From NCBI GenBank assembly GCA_030655775.1, contig JAUSPI010000213.1, positions 263 through 64,262 of the forward strand: DNA of 64,000 bases, in the 5' to 3' direction. The DNA is from Syntrophales bacterium (lineage in GTDB: Bacteria; Desulfobacterota; Syntrophia; Syntrophales; JADFWA01). Positions 40,218 through 52,037 of this stretch are shown piece by piece; position 1 is the stretch's first letter, and the number at the start of each line of letters is the position of its first letter. The notes beneath the pieces are model-generated. The model ran no database searches. It was given only the letters and a program-made list of their open reading frames with translations, and was not told the DNA's origin. The position numbers and the translations under genes are program-made.

Positions 40218-40504
40218 TGGATATATATTTTATTATAAAAAAACCGATTATTACAGAAAAAAGCACCATTGCAAGAGATGAAGAAAATAAATATTTCTTT
40301 GAGGTGGACCGTAGAGCAAATAAAATTGAGATCACCAAAGCAGTTGAAAAGCTTTTTAAAGTAAAAGTTTTAAATGTTTCTACGATAAATATGCTTGGCA
40401 AGAAGAAAAGGATGGGGAAAACTGTCGGTAAGAGGAGCGATTGGAAGAAGGCTATAGTTACTCTTGCTTCCGGTGATAGAATAGCAATCTATGAAGGGGT
40501 TTAG
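40217..40504 (+). CDS. rplW: 50S ribosomal protein L23
   Basis: [27 protein letters not shown]. Confidence 0.98.
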   Translation: MDIYFIIKKPIITEKSTIARDEENKYFFEVDRRANKIEITKAVEKLFKVKVLNVSTINMLGKKKRMGKTVGKRSDWKKAIVTLASGDRIAIYEGV

Positions 40505-40562
40505 TTAAGGTTTAGGGTTTCGAGTTTGAGGTTTAAAGTTAAGGAATAAAGGATTTAGATAG

Positions 40563-41384
40563 ATGGCAATTAAAAAGTATAAACCAACGTCGCCAGGCAG
40601 AAGGTTTCAGACCTGTTCATCGTTTGAGGAGATTACAAAGACTCAACCGGAAAAGGGACTTTTACAACCCCTGAGTCGAACCGGGGGAAGAAACAACAAT
40701 GGAAGAATAACCAGCTGGCATATTGGTGGAAGACATAAGAGAAAATACAGGATAATAGATTTTAAGCGGGATAAAATTGATGTGCCGGCCAGGGTGGCTT
40801 CTATTGAATATGACCCCAATCGGTCTTCAAGAATAGCCCTTCTTAATTATTTTGATGGGGAAAAAAGATATATCCTTGCTCCAGTGGATCTTAAAGTGGG
40901 CGATGTTATTGTAAGCAGTGAAAATGTGGAAATAAAACCGGGTAACGTGACCACCCTTAAAAACATACCCCCCGGTTCTCATCTCCATAATTTGGAGTTA
41001 AAAATTGGTAAAGGGGGGCAGATGATTAGAAGCGCAGGCGCCTATGGTCAGATTATGGCGAAGGAAGGAAAATATGCGCAGGTTCGACTCCCCTCAGGGG
41101 AAGTAAGGAAGGTTTTATTAGAGTGTAAGGCCACAATCGGACAGGTTGGGAACATTGATCATGAGAATATAAGTTTGGGTAAGGCAGGCAGGAAGAGATG
41201 GCTGGGAAGACGCCCCAAAGTACGAGGCGTTGCAATGAATCCTGTTGATCATCCACATGGTGGAGGAGAGGGCAAGTCCTCCGGAGGAAGACATCCTGTA
41301 ACACCATGGGGAGTTCCTACTAAAGGGTATAAAACGAGGAGAAACCGGGATTCAGACAAGTATATTATCAGGAAAAGGGGTTAA
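40563..41384 (+). CDS. rplB: 50S ribosomal protein L2
   Basis: [34 protein letters not shown]. Confidence 0.99.
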   Translation: MAIKKYKPTSPGRRFQTCSSFEEITKTQPEKGLLQPLSRTGGRNNNGRITSWHIGGRHKRKYRIIDFKRDKIDVPARVASIEYDPNRSSRIALLNYFDGEKRYILAPVDLKVGDVIVSSENVEIKPGNVTTLKNIPPGSHLHNLELKIGKGGQMIRSAGAYGQIMAKEGKYAQVRLPSGEVRKVLLECKATIGQVGNIDHENISLGKAGRKRWLGRRPKVRGVAMNPVDHPHGGGEGKSSGGRHPVTPWGVPTKGYKTRRNRDSDKYIIRKRG

Positions 41385-41387
41385 GGC

Positions 41388-41669
41388 ATGGCTCGTTCAG
41401 TTAAGAAGGGACCATATATTGAGGAAAAACTTCTAGAAAAAGCAAGAAAAGCCGATGCTTCGGGAGACAGGGGCGTGATCAAGACCTGGTCACGTCGTTC
41501 TACAATTACCCCTGAATTAGTAGGCCATACCTTTGCTGTTCATAACGGAAGAAGATTTATCCCTGTATTCATCACCGAAAACATGGTTGGGCATAAGCTT
41601 GGTGAATTTGCCCCAACAAGAACATTTTATAGTCATGCAGGTGATAGAAAAACAAGATTACGCAGATAA
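41388..41669 (+). CDS. rpsS: 30S ribosomal protein S19
   Basis: [23 protein letters not shown]. Confidence 0.99.
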   Translation: MARSVKKGPYIEEKLLEKARKADASGDRGVIKTWSRRSTITPELVGHTFAVHNGRRFIPVFITENMVGHKLGEFAPTRTFYSHAGDRKTRLRR

Positions 41670-41771
41670 TGGGGTCAGTGTTTATATGGCTGGCATTTTG
41701 TTAGCCTTTTATACGATTTCTGACTACTATAGGTTGTTATGATTAAGACAGGTAATGGAGTTTAAATAGAT

Positions 41772-42104
41772 ATGGAAGTGAAGGCCGTTGCCAAATATAT
41801 TCGGATTTCGCCACAAAAGGCAAGATTGGTAGTGGATCTTGTCAGGGGGAAAAAGGTCGAAGAAGCACAAAGGATATTAGCCTTTACAAGAAAAAAGGCT
41901 GCTGGTGTTGTAGAGAAAGTATTAAAGTCGGCAATTGCGAATGCAACACAGAATCCTAATATCGATGAAAAAATACTTTATGTAAAAGAGATGTTTGTAG
42001 GTCAAGGGCCCTCATTGAAAAGATGGAGGGCAAGAGCACAGGGAAGGGCGGCTATGATAAAAAAGAGAATGAGTCATATAACCGTCATACTGGATGAGGA
42101 GTAG
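41772..42104 (+). CDS. rplV: 50S ribosomal protein L22
   Basis: [23 protein letters not shown]. Confidence 0.98.
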   Translation: MEVKAVAKYIRISPQKARLVVDLVRGKKVEEAQRILAFTRKKAAGVVEKVLKSAIANATQNPNIDEKILYVKEMFVGQGPSLKRWRARAQGRAAMIKKRMSHITVILDEE

Positions 42105-42123
42105 CGAATAAGGAGGTAAAGGC

Positions 42124-42768
42124 TTGGGGCAAAAAGTTAATCCGATCGGTTTTAGACTGGGTATTAACAAGACATGGAGTTCTCAGTGGTTTGCAGAAAA
42201 AAACTATAGTGAATTACTGCATGAAGATATTCAGATCAAAAAGTACCTTAAAGGCAAATTTTACCATGCAGGTATATCAAGGATTGAGATTGAAAGAGCT
42301 GCTGACAAGGCTAAAGTAAATATTCATGCTGCCAGGCCGGGGATTCTCATAGGCAGAAAGGGATCAGAGATCGAAAAACTTAAGAAAGATCTTGAAAAGA
42401 TTTCCAAAAGCGATCCGATCATAAATATCCTTGAGGTACGCAAGCCTGAAATAGATGCGCAACTTGTTGCTGAAAATATTTCCCTCCAGCTTGAGAGAAG
42501 GGTTGCCTTCAGAAGGGCTATGAGAAGAAGTGTTACATCTGCCATGAAATTTGGTGCCAAAGGAATAAGGATAACCTGTTCTGGGAGACTTGGTGGAGCC
42601 GAGATGGCGAGAAGGGAATGGTATAGAGAAGGAAAAGTTCCACTTCATACATTGAGAGCGAATATTGATTATGGTTTTGCTGAGGCGCATACAACTTACG
42701 GGCTTATTGGTGTAAAAGTTCTGATATTTCATGGTGAGGTACTTCCGGATAAGAAGGCTGACAGTTGA
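42124..42768 (+). CDS. rpsC: 30S ribosomal protein S3
   Basis: [30 protein letters not shown]; TTG start. Confidence 0.99.
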   Translation: MGQKVNPIGFRLGINKTWSSQWFAEKNYSELLHEDIQIKKYLKGKFYHAGISRIEIERAADKAKVNIHAARPGILIGRKGSEIEKLKKDLEKISKSDPIINILEVRKPEIDAQLVAENISLQLERRVAFRRAMRRSVTSAMKFGAKGIRITCSGRLGGAEMARREWYREGKVPLHTLRANIDYGFAEAHTTYGLIGVKVLIFHGEVLPDKKADS

Positions 42769-42793
42769 GAGCTGAATTGGGGGTTTTAAAGAC

Positions 42794-43216
42794 ATGTTAA
42801 TGCCGAAGAGAGTGAAATATAGAAAGCTGCAAAAAGGTCGAATGAAAGGAAAACCTGTAAGGGGTTGTAACGTGTCTTTTGGGGAATATGGCCTGCAAGC
42901 AACTGAATGTGGAAGATTAACTGCGAGACAGATTGAGTCCGCACGAATAGCTATAACTCGTCATGTCAGGCGCGGAGGTAAAATCTGGATAAGGGTGTTT
43001 CCGCACAAATCGATTACTAAAAAGCCGGCAGAAACCCGTATGGGGAAAGGGAAGGGATCTCCTGAAGAATGGGTTGCTGTTGTGAAGCCTGGTATTATTC
43101 TGTATGAGATAGAAGGGGTCGAAAAAGATACGGCTCGCGAGGCTTTTAGGCTGGCGTCACATAAACTTCCAATATCGACAAAATTTCTTTCCAGGGAGAT
43201 ATTTGATGAAAATTAA
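42794..43216 (+). CDS. rplP: 50S ribosomal protein L16
   Basis: [23 protein letters not shown]. Confidence 0.99.
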   Translation: MLMPKRVKYRKLQKGRMKGKPVRGCNVSFGEYGLQATECGRLTARQIESARIAITRHVRRGGKIWIRVFPHKSITKKPAETRMGKGKGSPEEWVAVVKPGIILYEIEGVEKDTAREAFRLASHKLPISTKFLSREIFDEN

Positions 43217-43400
43217 GGAAATCAGAGAAATCGATATTGATGAACTGAAACAGAAAGAGAGAGAGTTTGTTGAAGAGCTTTTCAAACTCCGCATGCAGCA
43301 CACTACTGGGCAATTGGACTCCCCTCTCATGATGAAGAAGGTCAGAAAAAATATAGCTCGAATAAAGACTGTTTTAAGGGAAAGAGAGGCTCAAATATAA
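43206..43400 (+). CDS. rpmC: 50S ribosomal protein L29
   Basis: [22 protein letters not shown]. Confidence 0.97.
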   Translation: MKIKEIREIDIDELKQKEREFVEELFKLRMQHTTGQLDSPLMMKKVRKNIARIKTVLREREAQI

Positions 43401-43402
43401 GC

Positions 43403-43660
43403 ATGGGTGATCGGGGCAATAGAAGAACCGTACAGGGTGTTGTAGTTAGTGATAAAATGGACAAAACGATCGTCGTTTTGGTGGAGAGGTTAGTAAAACA
43501 TCCCAGGTTCCAGAAGTATGTAAGAAGACGAACTAAACATAAAGTTCGTGATGAGGAAAACAGATGTAATATTGGTGACATGGTATTAATTGTTGAATCA
43601 CGTCCTCTGAGTAAAGACGTAAGATGGAGAATGCGTGAAATACTGAAGAAGGTAAATTAA
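43403..43660 (+). CDS. rpsQ: 30S ribosomal protein S17
   Basis: GVVVSDKMDKTIVV, ESRPLSK. Confidence 0.98.
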   Translation: MGDRGNRRTVQGVVVSDKMDKTIVVLVERLVKHPRFQKYVRRRTKHKVRDEENRCNIGDMVLIVESRPLSKDVRWRMREILKKVN

Positions 43661-43892
43661 CCATGAGCTTCCAGCCTCCGGCTCAAGTGGATATTATTTA
43701 AAAGACCGCTTTTTTGTTTTACTGTTGGGTTAGTGTTGAACGTTTGTAAGATTCCCGGTAGATTGCTATACCGAGCCGCAATTTTATTCTTAGATTAGTG
43801 TAATATGAAATTCATCTCCGATGAATTTTTAGATATTTGTAGGTTTTACAACCGTCTAATTAAATGCTCGATAAACAGTGAGGTATTTTTTC

Positions 43893-44261
43893 ATGATTCA
43901 GATGCAGACCATTTTAAATGTGGCAGATAATTCGGGTGCAAAGAAGGTCGGTTGTATTAAAGTACTTGGAGGGTCTAAGAGAAAGTATGCCAGTATTGGG
44001 GATATAATAGTAGTATCAGTAAAAGAAGCAATTCCCAATTCGAAGGTTAAAAAAGGGGATGTGATGAGGGCTGTCGTGGTAAGAACAGCAAAAGAGGTCG
44101 GAAGGCCGGACGGTACATACCTTAAATTTAGTGATAATTCTGCTGTACTTATAAATAATCAAATGGAGCCTATAGGGACAAGGATATTTGGACCAGTAGC
44201 TCGTGAATTGAGAGCGAAACAATTTATGAAGATTGTGTCTCTGGCGCCTGAAGTATTGTAA
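43893..44261 (+). CDS. rplN: 50S ribosomal protein L14
   Basis: [29 protein letters not shown]. Confidence 0.99.
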   Translation: MIQMQTILNVADNSGAKKVGCIKVLGGSKRKYASIGDIIVVSVKEAIPNSKVKKGDVMRAVVVRTAKEVGRPDGTYLKFSDNSAVLINNQMEPIGTRIFGPVARELRAKQFMKIVSLAPEVL

Positions 44262-44316
44262 TGCTGTTACGAAATCGTCGAATGCAAATGAAAGCATAAA
44301 TGTTGAGGAATTGAAT

Positions 44317-44637
44317 ATGCATGGAAAACGTCTGAAAAAGGGCGATATGGTTATGGTTATTGTCGGTAAGGAAAAGGGGAAAACCGGCAAAATACTTAAT
44401 GTTGTCAAAAAGAAAAACCGTGTAGTTGTGGAAAAATTAAATTTCATGAAAAAACATCAGAGACCGGATGCACAGGGGAAAGGTGGCATCGTTGAGAAGG
44501 AAGGGTCGATACATATATCCAATGTTATGCTGATGTGTAATAAATGTAACACTGGTATCAGGGTTGGATACCAATTATTGGAAGATGGAAAAAATGTGCG
44601 TGTTTGTAAAAGATGTAATGAGATATTGGATGATTAA
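44317..44637 (+). CDS. rplX: 50S ribosomal protein L24
   Basis: KKGDMVMVIVGKEKGK KOW motif, IHISNVML; start after GAGG at 44317. Confidence 0.97.
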   Translation: MHGKRLKKGDMVMVIVGKEKGKTGKILNVVKKKNRVVVEKLNFMKKHQRPDAQGKGGIVEKEGSIHISNVMLMCNKCNTGIRVGYQLLEDGKNVRVCKRCNEILDD

Positions 44638-44652
44638 ACTGAGGAAGAATGA

Positions 44653-45192
44653 ATGGCACGATTAAAAGAGTACTACAAGAAAGAAGTAATCTCTGCTTTG
44701 ATGAAGGAATTTAAATATAAAAACAGGATGGAGGTTCCTAAGCTCGAGAAAATTATTGTAAATATGGGTTTGGGTGAGGCGATTCAAAACATTAAAATAA
44801 TTGATAATGCTGTTCAGGAACTCTCAGTGATTGTGGGGCAGAGACCGGTTGTTACAAAGGCGAGGAAATCGATTGCTACATTTAAACTGCGTAAAGGTAT
44901 GTCGATAGGGTGTATGGTTACTTTAAGGAAGGACATGATGTATCAGTTTTTTGACAGGCTTGTTAATGTTGCCCTTCCAAGAGTTAGAGATTTCAGGGGC
45001 ATTTCGCCTAAATCTTTTGATGGAAGGGGAAATTTCGCCATGGGAATTAAGGAACCGTTCATCTTCCCCGAGGTGGAATATGACAAGATTGATAAGGTCA
45101 GGGGAATGAATGTCGTGATTGTCACCTCGGCGAAAACAGATGAAGAGGGAAGACGACTGTTGAAACTTATGGGGATACCTTATAAAAATTGA
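44653..45192 (+). CDS. rplE: 50S ribosomal protein L5
   Basis: [30 protein letters not shown]. Confidence 0.99.
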   Translation: MARLKEYYKKEVISALMKEFKYKNRMEVPKLEKIIVNMGLGEAIQNIKIIDNAVQELSVIVGQRPVVTKARKSIATFKLRKGMSIGCMVTLRKDMMYQFFDRLVNVALPRVRDFRGISPKSFDGRGNFAMGIKEPFIFPEVEYDKIDKVRGMNVVIVTSAKTDEEGRRLLKLMGIPYKN

Positions 45193-45335
45193 GATTGTAG
45201 ATTACATGTAAGGTTTTAAGAAGTACGGTAGAATTTGCCGGAGGTTTTGCAGAGGCCATTACCGGTAAGAAAAAATTATAGTTCAAAGTTTAGAGTTACA
45301 GGTTGTTCTGATCGAAACTCAGATAGGAGTTGCAT

Positions 45336-45521
45336 GTGGCAAGAAAGTCCTTAATTGCAAAGGCGAAAAGACAAGGGAAATTTGCTGTCAGAAAATACAC
45401 TCGGTGTCCTCTTTGTGGGCGGGCGAGAGCATATTACAGGAAATTCGATATGTGTAGGTTATGTTTGAGAAAACTTTCCCTAGCAGGGGAAATTCCCGGG
45501 ATGATAAAATCAAGCTGGTAG
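45336..45521 (+). CDS. rpsN: 30S ribosomal protein S14 (type Z, zinc)
   Basis: GTG start; [21 protein letters not shown]. Confidence 0.97.
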   Translation: MARKSLIAKAKRQGKFAVRKYTRCPLCGRARAYYRKFDMCRLCLRKLSLAGEIPGMIKSSW

Positions 45522-45628
45522 CAACGAAACGAGGGTAAAAATGGATAAGCTTCCAACAGTCAGCACTTAGCCTTTATCACATTTTTAGTCGAGAAACTGA
45601 ATGCTTATAAACATTAAGGAGATGCAGT

Positions 45629-46030
45629 ATGGGGATGACTGATCCTATAGCAGATATGCTGACGAGAATCAGAAATGCTAACATGGTAAGATTTGATAAG
45701 GTCGATGTGTCATTATCGAAAATGAACCTGAATATTGCCGAGGTCTTGAATAAGGCGGGGTATATCAGTAGATTTGCTGTTGAAAAGGATAATGACGGGC
45801 GAGAGATCTTGAAGGTATATTTGAAGTACTCGGATTCGAAGGAAAGAGTTATTACGGGGATAAAGCGGGTGAGTAAACCGGGGAAGAGGGTTTATGTTAA
45901 AAGTGATAAGATACCGAAAATTTTAAATGGTTATGGTATAGCTATACTGTCAACGTCAAAAGGTATTATGACTGATAAAGAGGCAAGAACGTTAAAAGTT
46001 GGTGGCGAGATTATATGCAATGTATGGTAG
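45629..46030 (+). CDS. rpsH: 30S ribosomal protein S8
   Basis: [30 protein letters not shown]. Confidence 0.99.
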   Translation: MGMTDPIADMLTRIRNANMVRFDKVDVSLSKMNLNIAEVLNKAGYISRFAVEKDNDGREILKVYLKYSDSKERVITGIKRVSKPGKRVYVKSDKIPKILNGYGIAILSTSKGIMTDKEARTLKVGGEIICNVW

Positions 46031-46127
46031 TACCTCAAATTTTCATTCTTAATCTGTTTTGGTTCCGGCTTGCCCGGACCGGGAAGTGCGATAGTTGTTA
46101 GCTATCCTGAAATCTGGAGATTTATAA

Positions 46128-46667
46128 ATGTCGAGAATTGGCAAGAGACCAATAGAAGTTCCTGAAGGAGTGGAGGTTAGGCAGGACAATTCTATAATTG
46201 AGGTCAAGGGTTCAAAGGGGACATTGACGATGAAAGTTCCCGAGGGTGTTGAAATTGTTTTTGATAATGGGACCATAGTGGTGGAGAGGCTTTCCGATGA
46301 TAAAAAAGGAAGATCTGCTCATGGGCTGACAAGGACGTTGGTTGCAAATATGGTAATAGGAGTCACTGTCGGTTTTGAAAAAACGTTAGAGATATCAGGT
46401 GTCGGTTATCGCGCTGAAGTGAATAGCGATATTCTAAGGTTGTTGCTTGGTTATTCTCATCCTGTAGAATATAGAATACCTGAAGGGATTTCTGCTAAGG
46501 TTGATAAACAAGTGACAATAGTAATTTCCGGGATAGATAAGGAGCTTGTCGGGAGAGTAGCAGCCGAGATCAGGAGTTTTAGGAAACCGGAACCCTATAA
46601 GGGAAAAGGGATAAAGTATTCCGGTGAACGCCTAAGAAGGAAGGTTGGAAAGTCCGCAGGCGTATAG
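46128..46667 (+). CDS. rplF: 50S ribosomal protein L6
   Basis: MSRIGKRP, PEPYKGKGI. Confidence 0.99.
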   Translation: MSRIGKRPIEVPEGVEVRQDNSIIEVKGSKGTLTMKVPEGVEIVFDNGTIVVERLSDDKKGRSAHGLTRTLVANMVIGVTVGFEKTLEISGVGYRAEVNSDILRLLLGYSHPVEYRIPEGISAKVDKQVTIVISGIDKELVGRVAAEIRSFRKPEPYKGKGIKYSGERLRRKVGKSAGV

Positions 46668-46731
46668 CGCAAAAGTCCAAAGTTTTAGGTTGTTCTTATG
46701 AGGACTTGAAACTCGATATAGAGGTAGAACG

Positions 46732-47097
46732 TTGGTATCTAAAAAAATAATAGGAAATAGAATTAAACGTAAGAAGAGAGTAAGGGGAAAGATTTTTGGC
46801 ACTCAGGAGAAACCACGTCTTTCTGTATTTCGGAGTTCGAAGCATATATACGTACAGGCAATTGCTGATGATTTGGGGAAGACCATAGCTGAAGCCTCAA
46901 CCCTTAGCAAGGAATTGAAGGGAAAGCTTGAAGGACTGAAGAAGACAGATGCTGCTCGTGAGGTAGGCAAATTGGTAACCGAGAAATTATTGTCCGATAA
47001 TGTGAAAAAGGTTGTCTTTGATAGGGGGATGTTTCTTTACCATGGACGTGTAAAAGCTCTTGCTGAGGCGGCTAGGGAAGCGGGGTTGAAATTTTAA
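46732..47097 (+). CDS. rplR: 50S ribosomal protein L18
   Basis: [30 protein letters not shown]. Confidence 0.98.
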   Translation: MVSKKIIGNRIKRKKRVRGKIFGTQEKPRLSVFRSSKHIYVQAIADDLGKTIAEASTLSKELKGKLEGLKKTDAAREVGKLVTEKLLSDNVKKVVFDRGMFLYHGRVKALAEAAREAGLKF

Positions 47098-47171
47098 TTG
47101 ATCGATCTTTTTGCTGGTTTAATTGGTATACACTAATCGATGTTTTTAGTTTTTAGGGGTATTGCAGGAAT

Positions 47172-47651
47172 ATGGAAGAATTAGAACTTCTTGATAGGGT
47201 TATTGCTATTAAGCGGACAGCCAAGGTTGTCAAAGGTGGCAGAAGATTTAGATTTAGTGCAGTTGTAGTTGTTGGTGACGGTAATGGTTCTGTCGGTGTT
47301 GGGTTGGGGAAAGCCCATGAAGTCCCGGAGGCAATAAGAAAGGGTATGGATGAGGCTAAAAAGAATCAAATGAAAGTTGCAATTGTGAACAGAACCGTAC
47401 CTCATGAAGTGATAGGACACTTTGGGGCCGGGAAAGTTCTCCTCAAGCCGGCTTCCGAGGGGACAGGCCTTATAGCTGGTGGGGCTGTTAGAGCGGTTTT
47501 GGAAGTTGCTGGTGTTCATAATATATTAACAAAATGCCTTGGTTCACATAACCATCATAATCTTGTCAAAGCAACGATTGACGGACTCCGTAAGATGAAA
47601 ACACCCGAGAAGATCGCCGCTCTCAGGGGAAAAGATATTTCCGAAATTTGA
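47172..47651 (+). CDS. rpsE: 30S ribosomal protein S5
   Basis: [22 protein letters not shown]. Confidence 0.99.
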   Translation: MEELELLDRVIAIKRTAKVVKGGRRFRFSAVVVVGDGNGSVGVGLGKAHEVPEAIRKGMDEAKKNQMKVAIVNRTVPHEVIGHFGAGKVLLKPASEGTGLIAGGAVRAVLEVAGVHNILTKCLGSHNHHNLVKATIDGLRKMKTPEKIAALRGKDISEI

Positions 47652-47673
47652 CGTTTTCGTTAGCGTATAGAAC

Positions 47674-47775
47674 GAGACCTTTGAAAAATTGAAAAATATG
47701 TTTTGAGAGTGAATTGAGACATAAAATTGTCAAAAGATCTTTTGGGCATCGAAAACCCGTATTTTCGGAACTTTC
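47674..47775. mobile_element. MITE inserted between rpsE and rpmD
   Basis: Left TIR GAGACCTTTGAAAAA, degenerate right TIR, duplication AGAAC (47669-47673, 47776-47780); internal sequence similar to 54309. Confidence 0.75.
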
Positions 47776-47793
47776 AGAACATGGGAGCAGGTC

Positions 47794-47985
47794 GTGGAAA
47801 AGAAACTGAAGATAACATTGGTAAAGAGTTTTATAGGAAGACCGGAAAAACAGAGGAAAGTACTGCGCGGGATGGGACTCGTAAAGTTGAATAAAACCGT
47901 CTTGCTGGACGATACTCCTGCGATTCGTGGGATGGCAAAAAAAGTCACGCATCTGGTTACCGTAGAGGAAATTGAGGTAAATTAA
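47794..47985 (+). CDS. rpmD: 50S ribosomal protein L30
   Basis: [29 protein letters not shown]. Confidence 0.97.
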   Translation: MEKKLKITLVKSFIGRPEKQRKVLRGMGLVKLNKTVLLDDTPAIRGMAKKVTHLVTVEEIEVN

Positions 47986-47987
47986 AT

Positions 47988-48428
47988 ATGGATTTGAGCA
48001 GTTTAAAACCACCTGAAGGTTCCAGAAAAAAGAGAAAACGGGTAGGTCGCGGGGCTGGATCAGGTCATGGAAAAACATCGTGCAGAGGATCGAAAGGGCA
48101 GAAATCCCGTTCGGGTGGAAGAGTGAGACCAGGATTTGAGGGCGGCCAAATGCCCCTTTCGAGGAGATTACCGAAAAAGGGGTTTTGTAATATCTTTAAA
48201 AAGGATATCGTCGCAGTAAATATAGAACAGCTGAACAAATTTCCAGAGGGTTCGGTTATTGATTCAAATATTCTTATAAGTAGTGGGATTATTAAGAATA
48301 AAGGTGATGGAATCAAGATATTGGGTAAAGGGTCTATAGATTATCCTTTGTTGCTGAAAGTTGACAGAATAAGTCGCGGTGCAAGAGAGAAAATTGAGAG
48401 TGCAGGCGGTTCGATAGAGGTTATCTGA
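47988..48428 (+). CDS. rplO: 50S ribosomal protein L15
   Basis: [29 protein letters not shown]. Confidence 0.99.
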   Translation: MDLSSLKPPEGSRKKRKRVGRGAGSGHGKTSCRGSKGQKSRSGGRVRPGFEGGQMPLSRRLPKKGFCNIFKKDIVAVNIEQLNKFPEGSVIDSNILISSGIIKNKGDGIKILGKGSIDYPLLLKVDRISRGAREKIESAGGSIEVI

Positions 48429-48429
48429 G

Positions 48430-49737
48430 TTGTTAAGCGGCCTTAAAAATATCCAGAAAATCCCGGAGCTTCAGAAGAGAATACTCTTCACTTTTTTTCT
48501 GTTGGCTGTTTACCGGATAGGTGTACATGTGCCAACTCCGGGGATCGATACGGCGGCTTTAATGGCGTTCTTTGAGCAGGCAAGGGGTTCACTTCTGGGA
48601 CTCTTTGATATGTTTGCAGGAGGGGCACTGAGCAACTTGTCAGTCTTTGCCCTGGGTATTATGCCCTATATCAGCGCATCCATTATTTTGCAGTTGCTCA
48701 CAGTTGCTATTCCTTATCTTGAAAAGCTTTCTAAGGAAGGAGAAGTCGGAAGAAGAAAAATAACGCAATATACGAGATATGGAACGGTTCTTTTAAGTGT
48801 AATTCAGGGGTTCGGTATTGCGGTAGGATTGGAAAACATGGCAGGTCCTACGGGTGTATCTATCGTGATTGATCCAGGATGGGACTTTAGATTGATGACG
48901 GTTATTACCCTTACCGCCGGTACTTCGTTTATCATGTGGTTAGGAGAGCAAATTACTGATAAGGGTATTGGTAATGGGATATCTCTGATCATCTTTGCGG
49001 GTATAATATGTCGAGGGCCAGCTGCTGTTTTAAATACCTTTCGCCTACTGTCCACAGGTGAGATGGGAATATTTTTTGTTATCATCCTTGCCGTAACGAT
49101 GGTCGCGGTTGTTGGTATTATTGTCTTTGTGGAAAGTGGGCAGAGGAGGATACCAGTTCAATATGCCAAGAGGGTTGTTGGGAGGAAGATGTATGGTGGA
49201 CAAACGACCCATCTTCCTTTAAAGGTTAATACAGCAGGTGTAATTCCACCCATATTTGCTTCCTCAATCATAATGTTTCCTGCTACAATTGCCAATTTTA
49301 TTCCACATCCCTGGATGAAGATGGTGGCGGATGTATTGATGCCTGGAAGAGTTGTGTATGAATTGCTCTATGTAGCGTTTATAATATTTTTCTGCTATTT
49401 TTATACTGCGGTTACTTTTAATCCTGTCGATGTGGCCGATAATATGAGAAAGCACGGAGGCTATATTCCGGGTATAAGACCGGGTAAAAAGACAGCAGAT
49501 TATATAGACAGTATCCTGACAAGGCTTACCTTCGGTGGTGCCATGTATGTTTCTGCAGTATGTGTACTGCCGAGTATTCTTATAAGTAAGTTTAATGTGC
49601 CGTTTTACTTTGGTGGTACAGCGCTTCTTATTGTAGTGGGTGTTGCCCTTGATACGGCAGGTCAAATAGAAACCCATTTATTGACGAGGCAATATGAAGG
49701 ATTTTTGAAAAAGGGACAGATGGGCAGAAGACGTTAA
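48430..49737 (+). CDS. secY: Preprotein translocase subunit SecY
   Basis: [34 protein letters not shown]. Confidence 0.99.
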   Translation: MLSGLKNIQKIPELQKRILFTFFLLAVYRIGVHVPTPGIDTAALMAFFEQARGSLLGLFDMFAGGALSNLSVFALGIMPYISASIILQLLTVAIPYLEKLSKEGEVGRRKITQYTRYGTVLLSVIQGFGIAVGLENMAGPTGVSIVIDPGWDFRLMTVITLTAGTSFIMWLGEQITDKGIGNGISLIIFAGIICRGPAAVLNTFRLLSTGEMGIFFVIILAVTMVAVVGIIVFVESGQRRIPVQYAKRVVGRKMYGGQTTHLPLKVNTAGVIPPIFASSIIMFPATIANFIPHPWMKMVADVLMPGRVVYELLYVAFIIFFCYFYTAVTFNPVDVADNMRKHGGYIPGIRPGKKTADYIDSILTRLTFGGAMYVSAVCVLPSILISKFNVPFYFGGTALLIVVGVALDTAGQIETHLLTRQYEGFLKKGQMGRRR

Positions 49738-49750
49738 AAGGTTAAAATTG

Positions 49751-50500
49751 ATGATAATCTTGAAATCTCCTGACGAGGTTGAAAAGATAAGGGCAAGTGA
49801 TGTTATAGTAGCGAATATATTGAATGAATTGAGAGGTATAATTAAACCTGGCATAACAACCATAGAGCTGGACAGGTATTCTGAGGAACTTGCCCTGAAA
49901 ATGGGTGCTAAACCGGCCTTTAAAGGGTATAGAGGATATCCTTTTTCTCTGTGTACGTCTGTTAATGGTGAAGTAGTTCATGGAATGCCGTCAGATACAG
50001 TACTTAAGGCGGGAGACATAATAAGCCTCGATTTTGGAATATATCATAAGGGATACTATGGAGATTCTGCCATAACTGTTCCTGTAGGTGAGGTTTCCAG
50101 TGTAGCGCAGGCACTGATTGGAACTACTGAAGAAGCCCTGTACCGTGGGATAAAAGAGATGAGGGCAGGAAATCGATTGGGTGATATATCAGCTGCTGTG
50201 CAGGAGTGTGTTGAGGCTGCCGGGTTTTCTGTGGTGAGAGATTTTGTAGGTCACGGGATAGGAAGAAGTCTTCATGAAGAGCCACAGATCCCCAATTTCG
50301 GAGTGCGTGGTAGGGGTGTTAAGTTAGAAGTAGGTATGGTTTTTGCGATTGAACCAATGGTGAATGAGGGAACATACAAGGTAAAGGTATTGGACGATGG
50401 ATGGACGGTTGTGACAGCCGATGGTAAGCTGTCAGCCCACTTTGAGCATTCTGTGGCAATTGCAGGGGATGGTCCAGTAATATTGAGTAAGATTGACTGA
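49751..50500 (+). CDS. map: Type I methionine aminopeptidase
   Basis: SVNGEVVHGMP, DFG...YYGDSA, GHGIG.SLHEEP, EPM, AHFEH. Confidence 0.98.
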   Translation: MIILKSPDEVEKIRASDVIVANILNELRGIIKPGITTIELDRYSEELALKMGAKPAFKGYRGYPFSLCTSVNGEVVHGMPSDTVLKAGDIISLDFGIYHKGYYGDSAITVPVGEVSSVAQALIGTTEEALYRGIKEMRAGNRLGDISAAVQECVEAAGFSVVRDFVGHGIGRSLHEEPQIPNFGVRGRGVKLEVGMVFAIEPMVNEGTYKVKVLDDGWTVVTADGKLSAHFEHSVAIAGDGPVILSKID

Positions 50501-50655
50501 TTGTAACTACTCAGGTATGAGTAGTTACCAGGGACAAAGTACCAAAGGTTCACCCTGTTAAATACGGTTCCCCTTGGGAAATTTAACAGGGCAGGCAGAG
50601 GCATAAAGAAAGAAAAGAGGCTCTCCCCTTTTTAAAGGGGGGTTAAAGGGGATTT
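50501..50655. repeat. Three stacked REP-type palindromes between map and infA
   Basis: GTAACTACTC/GAGTAGTTAC (50503-50528); CCCTGTTAAAT/ATTTAACAGGG (50553-50591); CCCCTTTTTAAAGGGG (50625-50640). Confidence 0.7.
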
Positions 50656-50698
50656 TGCAGAACATATTTATTAGATTTTGCGTGAGGATAGATGCTTC

Positions 50699-50917
50699 AT
50701 GGTAAAAGAAGAAGCGATACAGGTTGAAGGTAAAGTAATTGAGCCGCTGCCGAATGCAATGTTTCGTGTTGAACTGGAAAATGGGCATCGTGTTCTTGCC
50801 CATATTTCCGGGAAAATGCGTATGCATTATATCAAGATATTACCTGGTGATAAAGTGACCGTTGAACTTTCCCCATATGATTTGACGCGTGGGAGAATTG
50901 TGTACAGGGCAAAATGA
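50699..50917 (+). CDS. infA: Translation initiation factor IF-1
   Basis: [32 protein letters not shown]. Confidence 0.99.
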   Translation: MVKEEAIQVEGKVIEPLPNAMFRVELENGHRVLAHISGKMRMHYIKILPGDKVTVELSPYDLTRGRIVYRAK

Positions 50918-50940
50918 ATGCAGTTATGGGGTGAAGTATC

Positions 50941-51054
50941 ATGAAAGTGAGGAGTTCCGTTAAAAAGATATGTGATAAATGCAAGATTGTTAAAAGGCGT
51001 GGGGTGCTCAGAGTTATTTGTGAAAATCCCAGGCATAAACAGCGCCAGGGGTAA
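50941..51054 (+). CDS. rpmJ: 50S ribosomal protein L36
   Basis: Own translation [37 protein letters not shown]. Confidence 0.98.
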   Translation: MKVRSSVKKICDKCKIVKRRGVLRVICENPRHKQRQG

Positions 51055-51184
51055 AGGGTGATATAAAAAAGGAGTCAGAAGTCAGGAGCCGGAATGAAGA
51101 AAAATATCCTGTTATCCTGAATTCTTTCTCATGATTCCTGAAATATCTTTTTTATAAATTATTTCCTACAGGAGGATATCGGGT

Positions 51185-51559
51185 GTGGCAAGAATTGCAG
51201 GTGTAGATTTACCTAAGAATAAGAGAATGGAAATTGCCTTGACCTATATATATGGTATAGGTAGATCTAAATCAAGGAAGATACTTGAAAAAGCAGGTGT
51301 AGAGTTTGATACAAAAACAGATAATATTGCTGATTCAGAGGTAACCTCAATAAGGAACATTATAGATAGGGACCATAAGATTGAGGGAGATTTAAGAAGA
51401 GAAATTTCCATGTCGATAAAACGCCTGATGGATATAGGTTCCTACCGAGGGCTGAGGCACAGAAAGGGTCTTCCTGTTAGGGGTCAGAGAACAAGCACAA
51501 ATGCCAGGACACGAAAGGGACCGAGAAGGGCTGTTGTCGGCAAGAGAAAGAAGAAGTAA
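51185..51559 (+). CDS. rpsM: 30S ribosomal protein S13
   Basis: [26 protein letters not shown]. Confidence 0.99.
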   Translation: MARIAGVDLPKNKRMEIALTYIYGIGRSKSRKILEKAGVEFDTKTDNIADSEVTSIRNIIDRDHKIEGDLRREISMSIKRLMDIGSYRGLRHRKGLPVRGQRTSTNARTRKGPRRAVVGKRKKK

Positions 51560-51597
51560 TTTGAAGGGGTCAAGTTTTAACCCCATCTGGAGGAACA

Positions 51598-51990
51598 ATG
51601 GCAAAACCGAAGAGGAAAGCTGGAAAAAGGAAAGAACGAAAAAATATACCGGAAGGCATTGCCCATATTCAATCGACGTTCAACAATACGATGATTACGA
51701 TTACAGATCTGAGTGGTAACGTTATTACCTGGTCTTCCTCTGGAGTCAGGGGTTTCAAGGGTTCGAGGAAGAGCACACCATTTGCCGCTCAATTAGCTGC
51801 AGAGGATGCCGTAAGAAAAGCAAAGGAACATGGGGTGAGAAGTGTTAAAGTATATGTGAAAGGACCTGGTTCAGGTCGAGAAGCCGCCCTGAGGTCTTTG
51901 CAGACGGCAGGTCTTGATATAAGTCTTATAAGGGATGTAACACCTATCCCTCATAACGGTTGCCGCCCACCGAAAAGAAGAAGAGTATAA
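51598..51990 (+). CDS. rpsK: 30S ribosomal protein S11
   Basis: [29 protein letters not shown]. Confidence 0.99.
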   Translation: MAKPKRKAGKRKERKNIPEGIAHIQSTFNNTMITITDLSGNVITWSSSGVRGFKGSRKSTPFAAQLAAEDAVRKAKEHGVRSVKVYVKGPGSGREAALRSLQTAGLDISLIRDVTPIPHNGCRPPKRRRV

Positions 51991-52037
51991 CAGAGGCTGA
52001 AGTTGAGCTTTATTACGATATAAAATGGAGGAATGTT

